From contig LCQK01000001.1 of assembly GCA_001004105.1 (NCBI GenBank), positions 38,928-102,927 on the forward strand: 64,000 nucleotides of DNA, given 5' to 3'. Source of the stretch: Candidatus Jorgensenbacteria bacterium GW2011_GWB1_50_10. GTDB lineage: Bacteria; Patescibacteriota; Minisyncoccia; UBA6257; GWB1-50-10. The notes under the pieces are model-generated. The model was not told the DNA's origin and searched no databases. It worked only from the letters and a program-made list of their open reading frames with translations. The translations under genes were made by a program, and so were the position numbers. This document shows positions 36,411-42,464 of the stretch, piece by piece (position 1 is the stretch's first letter; each line of letters opens with the position of its first letter).

Positions 36411-36872
36411 TTATTTTTTGGCGATTTGGGTGATGAATCCCCGGCCGCCGGGCCTTGACTCCATCGTCACTTTGTAAGGCGTCCGAATAAGTGTAAGAAA
36501 TTCGTTCAATTTTTGAAGTGCCCACTCTTTATGGCCTTTTTCCCGGCCCCGGAGAAAAATGCTGATTTCCACATTATGCCCCTCCGAGAGAAATTCTTCC
36601 GCTTTTCTGGCTTTGATCTGGAGGTCGTTTAAGGCTGCCCGAGGCGTGATTTGGACTGTTTTTAGTTCTTTCGCTTTCTCCGCCCGCCGCTGTTTCTTCT
36701 CCTCTTTTTCTTTTTGGTAGCGGAATTTGTCAAAACTCATCACTCGCGCGACCGGAGGCTTGGCGTTCGGCGCAATTTCAATCAAATCCAGTCCGCGGTC
36801 CTTGGCGAGTGTTTTGGCGTCTTCAAATTTCAAAACGCCGAGATTTTCACCTTTTTCGTCAACCACCCTCAA
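36411..36872 (-). CDS. infC: Translation initiation factor IF-3 (track coordinates; true N-terminus probably extends ~9-13 codons upstream to a non-AUG AUA/AUC start at 36899 or 36911)
   Basis: IF3 N- and C-domain conservation (DLIEIAPNAKPPVARVMSFDKFRYQ...); in-frame upstream codons encode IRYRINNEITAKE matching the IF3 N-terminal consensus RINGEIRAQE, bounded by a stop at 36924-36926. Confidence 0.88.
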   Translation of the reverse strand: MRVVDEKGENLGVLKFEDAKTLAKDRGLDLIEIAPNAKPPVARVMSFDKFRYQKEKEEKKQRRAEKAKELKTVQITPRAALNDLQIKARKAEEFLSEGHNVEISIFLRGREKGHKEWALQKLNEFLTLIRTPYKVTMESRPGGRGFITQIAKK

Positions 36873-36973
36873 CTCCTTGGCGGTTATTTCGTTGTTTATT
36901 CGGTAGCGGATGGAGTAAGAATACTATAAGGCGGCTGCCGAAATCAAGTCTTTACAGGTTTTGCGGTTTTGGT

Positions 36974-37300
36974 ATGATGATGGCCATGAGATTTCCCAAA
37001 AATGCCTTTATTAAATACACGAGGTACGTCCTCGGGTTTTTTGAAATGCTTTTAGGTCTCCGGCTCGTTCTGCGTCTTTTGGGGGCAAATCCCGCCGCGC
37101 CAATCGTTGACCTGTTGTACACATTAACCAATGTCGTCATCGCCCCTTTCCGCGGAATTTTTTCCGACATCTATCTCCGGGGCGGCGGCATTTTCGATTT
37201 AGTAACGATTACAGCCATGGTTGGCTATCCGATCATCGTTTATCTTATCTTTGAACTTGTTAACATTATCGCTAGAGATAGAGACGCGGAGGAGATTTAA
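36974..37300 (+). CDS. YggT-family membrane protein (start set to MMMAMRFP at 36974; longer track ORF from 36809 overlaps infC)
   Basis: YggT signature LGLRLVLRLLGANPAAPIVDLLYTLTNVVIAPFRGIF...GGGIFDL. Confidence 0.7.
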   Translation: MMMAMRFPKNAFIKYTRYVLGFFEMLLGLRLVLRLLGANPAAPIVDLLYTLTNVVIAPFRGIFSDIYLRGGGIFDLVTITAMVGYPIIVYLIFELVNIIARDRDAEEI

Positions 37301-37556
37301 GATTGGGATGCCCCATTATGAATAACGGCCGCCGAGCCGTTTTGTTTTATAAAAACAAAGAGCCCGGAGCGTTATGGACGTCCGGGACTCTGTGCAATGG
37401 GCCAATGGGCCCTGTATGAAATGGGGTATGAGGAACCCCTTCTTGTGGCTGCGTAAAGCAGCGAATATGTGGTGAACTGGTTATATTGTAGCAGAAGGCG
37501 TTGAGAGTCGGCTGTGGATAACAAAAAATTCACCTTGAAGGTGAATTTTTTGTTAG

Positions 37557-37872
37557 GGGTGGACATGGCCGGAGTTGAACCGGCGTGGAGAACGATCATC
37601 ACAAATCCTCTACAGACTTATCTCTTGCGAGAAAATTTTGGCTTTGTGATTTAATCCCCGGCTACCAAGCCGTCTTGCCGGAGGCGAGCTCCATTTATTA
37701 CACCGGTTGCCTCCTATGGAACGTTGGAGACCGATGCCGCATTAAGCGAAAGCTAACGCGGGGGCTGCAACTTTAGAGTTGGCAGTTAATATTTGTTGCC
37801 GAAGTTTAACGAGGTTCGGCAGCTCGGCCTGCAGATTTGCGAATCGGCATTCTCTCAAAGCCCGACATGCCC
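37557..37872 (-). ncRNA. ssrA: tmRNA (SsrA), ~316 nt, predicted tag peptide ANSKVAAPALAFA
   Basis: Hand-derived: 5' GGGCAUG pairs with 3' CAUGUCC (includes G3-U wobble Ala identity element); 3' tRNA-like end CGCCGGUUCAACUCCGGCCAUGUCCACCC closely matches E. coli CGCGGGUUCAACUCCCGCCAGCUCCACCA; 5' region GAUUCGC...GCAGGCCGAG parallels E. coli tmRNA; internal ORF GCC AAC UCU AAA GUU GCA GCC CCC GCG UUA GCU UUC GCU UAA; adjacent to smpB. Confidence 0.8.
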
Positions 37873-38295
37873 TCTTATCTCCCTTTCCGTTTCCCGTTTT
37901 TTAATGAGCTCGCGCTTGTCGCGTTTTTTCCTTCCTTTCCCAAGACCTAACTCGACTTTCACGAATCCGCGCTCAGTATAAACCCGAAGCGGCACCAGGG
38001 TCAAACCAGTTCCGATTTTCCCGATGATTACTTTTATTTCGTCGCGATTAAGGAGCAGTTTTTTTGTCCGCTCGGTCTCGTATCCGGCGGGCACATTCTT
38101 TGGTTGAAAAGGCGGCACTTTCATTCCTATTAAGAACAATTCGCCGCCGCGTTCAATAGCATGTGCCCCCGCAATATCAACGCGGCCCATTTTTACGGAT
38201 TTGGCTTCATGGCCCGTCAGTTGAATCCCCGCGAAAAGTTTTTCAGATATTTCATAATCAAACCCAGCCCGTTTGTTGACACTCAAATCTTTCAT
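37855..38295 (-). CDS. smpB: SsrA-binding protein SmpB
   Basis: Canonical SmpB sequence (RAGFDYEI...GIQLTGHEAKS...LLLNRDEI) with basic C-terminal tail. Confidence 0.9.
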   Translation of the reverse strand: MKDLSVNKRAGFDYEISEKLFAGIQLTGHEAKSVKMGRVDIAGAHAIERGGELFLIGMKVPPFQPKNVPAGYETERTKKLLLNRDEIKVIIGKIGTGLTLVPLRVYTERGFVKVELGLGKGRKKRDKRELIKKRETEREIRGHVGL

Positions 38296-38330
38296 ATGCT
38301 AATTTTACCCCAGCTCTCACGGAGAAAACC

Positions 38331-38603
38331 ATGGAAACCAAAAGCGAGAACAGCCTTGACATTCTCTGGACGACGCGGTTTATTGCGTGGGCCAAGAGGG
38401 TCGGTGGCAGAGAAGAGGATCTATTCGACACCGGATACCTCAGATGGCGGTTTTCATCGCCTGAGGGGACGTTGTGGCAGGCCACCTTTGACCATATTAT
38501 GAGGCGGGCTAGAGAAGAAGACATTACTCCAGAAGAGTTCGTGAAACGGCTTTTTGGCCACGGTCGCGCCGAAGAGGTTCTGGTCTACTTCCGAGGCAGC
38601 TAA
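38331..38603 (+). CDS. Small hypothetical protein (90 aa)
   Basis: ORF followed by a strong intrinsic terminator; no family recognised. Confidence 0.4.
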   Translation: METKSENSLDILWTTRFIAWAKRVGGREEDLFDTGYLRWRFSSPEGTLWQATFDHIMRRAREEDITPEEFVKRLFGHGRAEEVLVYFRGS

Positions 38604-38615
38604 ACTCCGAATAGC

Positions 38616-38650
38616 GAGAGCGCGAGTAATCGCGCTCTTTCGTTTTTTTG
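38616..38650 (+). terminator. Intrinsic terminator (GAGAGCGCGA-GUAA-UCGCGCUCU + U-run)
   Basis: 9-bp GC-rich stem, GNRA-type GUAA loop, then TTCGTTTTTTT. Confidence 0.55.
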
Positions 38651-38666
38651 ATTAGAATAAGTAAAG

Positions 38667-40241
38667 ATGCGAGACAAGCTTTCAGCGCTTTTGAGGAAAA
38701 CTGCGCCCAAAGGAACGGAGATCGGTTTAAACGTCCCCGAGGATGAGAAATTTGGCCACTATTCAACGAATGTCGTTTTTTCGCTTGCGAAAAAATCTGG
38801 CCGGCCGCCGATGGATGTCGCCCGGGAGCTCGCGGAAAAAGTCAAACTCGCCGGTTTTTTGAAGCGGTTGGAGGTGGCGCCCCCCGGGTTTATAAATTTT
38901 TGGTTGGAAGAAAGAGCGTTTCAAGATGAACTGCGGGAGATTTTAAAAAAGAAAAATTCTTACGGACGCGGCAAAAGAAAGAAAGATAAAATCCAGGTGG
39001 AGTTTGTTTCCGCCAATCCCACCGGTCCCTTAACGCTCGCGAACGGCCGGGGCGGATTTTTGGGCGACGTTCTCTCCAATACTTTGGAATGGAACGGCTT
39101 TCAAGTGGAGCGGGAATATTATGTGAATGACACCGGTAATCAGATTATTACTTTAGGCAAGTCCGCGGCCGCCGCTTTAGGTTTAATCCCGGCAGAGGAG
39201 AGTTTTTACAAAGGCGACTACGTGAGAAGGTGGGCGAGCGTGAACGCCGCTTTCGTCAGGAGAAATAAGGAAAAATTTTTGAAAATCGGCCAGAAAGCCG
39301 CGGCGGAATTCATGAGGAATATAAAGACCACTCTCACAAAAAAAGCCGGCATTAAATTCAACCGTTTTACCTCGGAAGAAAAGCAAATTCACAAGAAGGG
39401 TTTGACCAAAAAAGCTATGGAAATTTTCAGGAAAAAAGGACTGGTTTACAAAAAAGAAGGCGCGGAGTGGCTTAAAACCACTACCTTTGGAGACGACAAG
39501 GACCGGGTGGTGATAACGAGTGATGGATTTCCAACTTATTTCCTTGCCGATGCCGGGCACTATTTAGAGACAAAATCCCGTGGTTTCAGCAGGAAAATAA
39601 ACATTTTAGGTCCCGACCACTTCGGCTACGTCGCTCGCATCCAAGCGGTGGCGAAGCTGGTGGGACTTGCGGAATCCACCATTATCATTACTCAACTCGT
39701 GCGTATGTTGGATAAGGGAGAAAGACTCAAGATGTCGAAGCGTAAGGGAACATTCATTACTTTTAATGAGCTTATTAATGAGGTGCCGCCGGATGTTGCG
39801 AGGTTCTTTTTCCTCACGATTGCGCCGGAGACGCACCTGGATTTTGACCTGGATTTAGCTAAGGAAAAATCGCAGAAAAATCCGGTTTATTACGCGCAAT
39901 ACGCCTACGTGCGGGCCCTTTCGATTTTGAAAAAAGCGAAGATTTCCGCCGCAAAAGCCGACTTGCGATTGCTCTCGAGCCGCGAAGACATTTCGCTTTT
40001 GAGAATGCTCGCGGCTTTTCCCGAAATTATTGAAGATGCCGCTTCCGATTACGGCGTCCAGCGCCTGACTCGCTACGCGCGCGAGCTTGCGCGGATTTTT
40101 CACGATTTTTACGAAAAGGAAAGAATCATCGGTGTGCCAAAAAACCTCGCCGCTGCCCGTCTAGCGCTTGTCAAAGCCACAGTCCAAGTTTTTGAAAACC
40201 TTTTCAAGATTTTAGGAATTTCCGCCCCCCAAAAAATGTAA
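38667..40241 (+). CDS. argS: Arginyl-tRNA synthetase (HIGH signature degenerate: PLTLANGRGG instead of PLHVGHGRGA; KMSKRKG retained)
   Basis: Class-I ArgRS blocks VEFVSANPTGPL, KMSKRKG, anticodon-binding C-terminal domain; 524 aa. Confidence 0.9.
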   Translation: MRDKLSALLRKTAPKGTEIGLNVPEDEKFGHYSTNVVFSLAKKSGRPPMDVARELAEKVKLAGFLKRLEVAPPGFINFWLEERAFQDELREILKKKNSYGRGKRKKDKIQVEFVSANPTGPLTLANGRGGFLGDVLSNTLEWNGFQVEREYYVNDTGNQIITLGKSAAAALGLIPAEESFYKGDYVRRWASVNAAFVRRNKEKFLKIGQKAAAEFMRNIKTTLTKKAGIKFNRFTSEEKQIHKKGLTKKAMEIFRKKGLVYKKEGAEWLKTTTFGDDKDRVVITSDGFPTYFLADAGHYLETKSRGFSRKINILGPDHFGYVARIQAVAKLVGLAESTIIITQLVRMLDKGERLKMSKRKGTFITFNELINEVPPDVARFFFLTIAPETHLDFDLDLAKEKSQKNPVYYAQYAYVRALSILKKAKISAAKADLRLLSSREDISLLRMLAAFPEIIEDAASDYGVQRLTRYARELARIFHDFYEKERIIGVPKNLAAARLALVKATVQVFENLFKILGISAPQKM

Positions 40242-40262
40242 CGATATCAGAGGAGTATTAGT

Positions 40263-40288
40263 GAACAATTCGCGCGAATGGTTAAGTT
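40263..40288. repeat. Inverted repeat left arm GAACAATTCGCGCGAATGGTTAAGTT upstream of arsR-2
   Basis: Reverse complement of 40581-40606 (25/26); contains 12-nt palindrome ATTCGCGCGAAT sharing core TTCGCGCGAA with the arsR-1 locus repeats. Confidence 0.6.
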
Positions 40289-40309
40289 GGGGTGATATAA
40301 TAGAAATAT

Positions 40310-40576
40310 ATGAAAAGGTGGACGCAAATTTTTAAGGCGCTGGCCAATATTAACAGGTTAAAAATCATTAAACTGCTCTCTGGCGGCCGTGCTCTAAACG
40401 TTTCCAATATCGCCGGTGAGATTGGAATTTCACTAAATGCCACTTCAAAACATCTAATCATTTTGAGCAATCTTGATGTTTTGGATGGCAACGGCAGGGA
40501 GGGGCACGTTTTCTACAACTTGAACCCTAAAATGCCGCCCGATATAAAGAGAAGCGTCAATCTTTTTCTTGGCTGA
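40310..40576 (+). CDS. ArsR/SmtB-family transcriptional regulator (paralog 2)
   Basis: KALANINRLKIIKLLSGGRALNVSNIAGEIGISLNATSKHLIIL HTH; paralogous to 16849-17124. Confidence 0.75.
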   Translation: MKRWTQIFKALANINRLKIIKLLSGGRALNVSNIAGEIGISLNATSKHLIILSNLDVLDGNGREGHVFYNLNPKMPPDIKRSVNLFLG

Positions 40577-40580
40577 TGTT

Positions 40581-40606
40581 AAGTTAACCATTCGCGCGAA
40601 TTGTTC
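40581..40606. repeat. Inverted repeat right arm AAGTTAACCATTCGCGCGAATTGTTC between arsR-2 and Cys-rich gene
   Basis: Reverse complement of 40263-40288; lies in the 42-nt gap before the Cys-rich protein ATG. Confidence 0.6.
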
Positions 40607-40618
40607 AGTTGAAGAAAT

Positions 40619-41974
40619 ATGACTCAAGAAACAAAAACCTGCCAAAATTGTAAAAACCAGTTCACGGTTGAACCGGAGGATTTTGATTTCTATAGAAAAA
40701 TAGAAGTCCCGTCGCCGACGTGGTGCCCGGAGTGCCGGTTAATCCGGCGTCTCGCTTGGCGGAATGAACGAGCACTCTACCGGGGGAAATGCCAGCGTTG
40801 CGGAAAAGCGACCATCTCAATTTTTTCACCGGACAAAGATTTGACGGTGTATTGTCGAGGATGTTGGTGGTCCGACGAATGGGACGGACTCGAATATGGG
40901 ATAAATTTTGACCCGCAGGAACCTTTCCTTTCTCAAGTGGAAGGGTTATTTCACAAAGTCCCTACTATGGCACTCCACGGTCTCCACACCACCTTAGTGA
41001 ACTCGGAGTACACCAATATGGTGGGGTATCTTAAGAACTGCTACTTCATCACGCACAGCGATTATGACGAAAATTGCGCTTACGGCAGCTATATACATCA
41101 CAGCAAGGATAGCGTCGACAATCTAATGTTGGATCAAAGTGAACTGTGTTATGAAACAGTGAATTGCCGCAACTGCTACCAAACGTTCTTTTCTCTGGAT
41201 TGCGAGGATTGCCAAAATGTTTACTTTTCCAAGAGTTGCAATGGGTGCAGTAATTGCTTCGGTTGCGTGAATTTAAGAAATAAATCGTACCATATTTTCA
41301 ATCGGCCGTACTCAAAAAGTGAGTATGAGAAAAAACTCCAGGACTATATTCCCCATACGTTCCAGAAACAACAAGAGATGATTGAAATGATTCACTCTAA
41401 GTGGCCCTATTATCCTACAAAATACGCTCACGAGCGTCATAATACCAATGTAACGGGGGATTATATCTTCAATTGCAAGAACACCTACGATTCGTTCATT
41501 ATCACCGACGCAGAAAACTGCCGTTACTGTGCTCTCATTGTTCCCAGCGGACTAAAAGATTCTTATGACCTGACGCATTACGGGCCTTTGTCAGAACTCG
41601 TTTACGAGTCGTTTCAAGTGGGCGATCACGTGTCTCGCATCAAATTCTCCTGGTGGGCTGTAACAAACAACGAGGATGTGGAATACAGCATGTTCGTAAC
41701 CGGCTGCAGGAATGTTTTTGGATGCGTTGGATTGAAAAAACGAGAATACTGCATTTTGAACAAGCAATACTCAAAAGAAGAATTTGAAAAACTTAGAGCA
41801 CAAATTATCGAGCAGATGAACACAAAGCCATACCGAGACCAACAGAACCATGAGTACCGCTACGGGGAGTTTTTCCCAACGGAAATGAGCCCCTTCGCCT
41901 ATAACGAGACAACTGCTCAGGAACTATTTCCAACAATGACCAAAGAAGAGGCGATAGAGAAAGGTTATTCTTAG
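40619..41974 (+). CDS. Cysteine-rich zinc-ribbon repeat protein (N-terminal 451 aa up to in-frame TAG)
   Basis: About 45 Cys arranged as CxxC pairs; N-terminal module FYRKIEVPSPTWCPECRLIRRLAWRNERALYRGKCQRCG; internal repeats NCxNCY...GCVNLRNKSYHIFNRPYSKSEYEK / GCVGLKKREYCILNKQYSKEEFEK. Confidence 0.6.
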   Translation: MTQETKTCQNCKNQFTVEPEDFDFYRKIEVPSPTWCPECRLIRRLAWRNERALYRGKCQRCGKATISIFSPDKDLTVYCRGCWWSDEWDGLEYGINFDPQEPFLSQVEGLFHKVPTMALHGLHTTLVNSEYTNMVGYLKNCYFITHSDYDENCAYGSYIHHSKDSVDNLMLDQSELCYETVNCRNCYQTFFSLDCEDCQNVYFSKSCNGCSNCFGCVNLRNKSYHIFNRPYSKSEYEKKLQDYIPHTFQKQQEMIEMIHSKWPYYPTKYAHERHNTNVTGDYIFNCKNTYDSFIITDAENCRYCALIVPSGLKDSYDLTHYGPLSELVYESFQVGDHVSRIKFSWWAVTNNEDVEYSMFVTGCRNVFGCVGLKKREYCILNKQYSKEEFEKLRAQIIEQMNTKPYRDQQNHEYRYGEFFPTEMSPFAYNETTAQELFPTMTKEEAIEKGYS

Positions 41975-42409
41975 AAAGACCCCGAAGAAAGGCACTATGA
42001 GGTAACGATAAAAGCAGAAGATCTCCCTGACTACATCAAGGATGTAGGGGACTCCATCCTCAAAGAAACCATTGGCTGTGCTCACCAAGGCACCTGCAAC
42101 GAGCAATGCGCCACCGCCTTCAAAATCATCAAAGATGAGCTTCAATTCTACAAAAAGATGAACCTGCCCCTCCCGCGTCTCTGTCCCAACTGCCGTCATT
42201 ACCAGCGCCTCAAACAGAGGAATCCCCTCAAATTGTGGCATAGGAAATGCACCTGTGCCGGAGAGAAGTCAGAAAACAGTGTCTATACAAACACCGCCCA
42301 GCACTTCCACGAGAATGGTCATTGCCCTAACGAATTTGAAACAAGTTACGCTCCCGAAAGACCGGAAATCGTCTACTGCGAACAATGCTACAACGCCGAA
42401 GTTGTATAA
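40619..42409 (+). pseudogene. Same gene read through the TAG at 41972-41974: continuous 596-codon frame ending with a second copy of the N-terminal zinc-ribbon module (possible stop-codon readthrough, nonsense pseudogene, or sequencing error)
   Basis: 41975-42409 is in the same frame with no further stops for 145 codons; downstream segment FYKKMNLPLPRLCPNCRHYQRLKQRNPLKLWHRKCTCAG mirrors the N-terminal FYRKIEVPSPTWCPECRLIRRLAWRNERALYRGKCQRCG. Confidence 0.45.
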
Positions 42410-42417
42410 GCGAGCAG

Positions 42418-42437
42418 CCTGCCTGCCGGCAGGCAGG
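42418..42437. repeat. REP-like perfect 20-nt palindrome CCTGCCTGCCGGCAGGCAGG (copy 1 of 3)
   Basis: Exact palindrome; related copies at 55898-55918 and 57972-58013; flanked by 12-nt direct repeats GAAGTTGT(A/G)TAA (42398-42409, 42450-42461). Confidence 0.55.
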
Positions 42438-42464
42438 TGTTATAATAGTGAAGTTGTGTAAATC

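Noticed and set aside
36809-36973. Track start of YggT ORF at 36809
   Set aside because: The N-terminal 55 residues overlap the infC 5' region on the opposite strand and are not YggT-like. The conserved YggT domain starts at the MMMAM cluster (36974).
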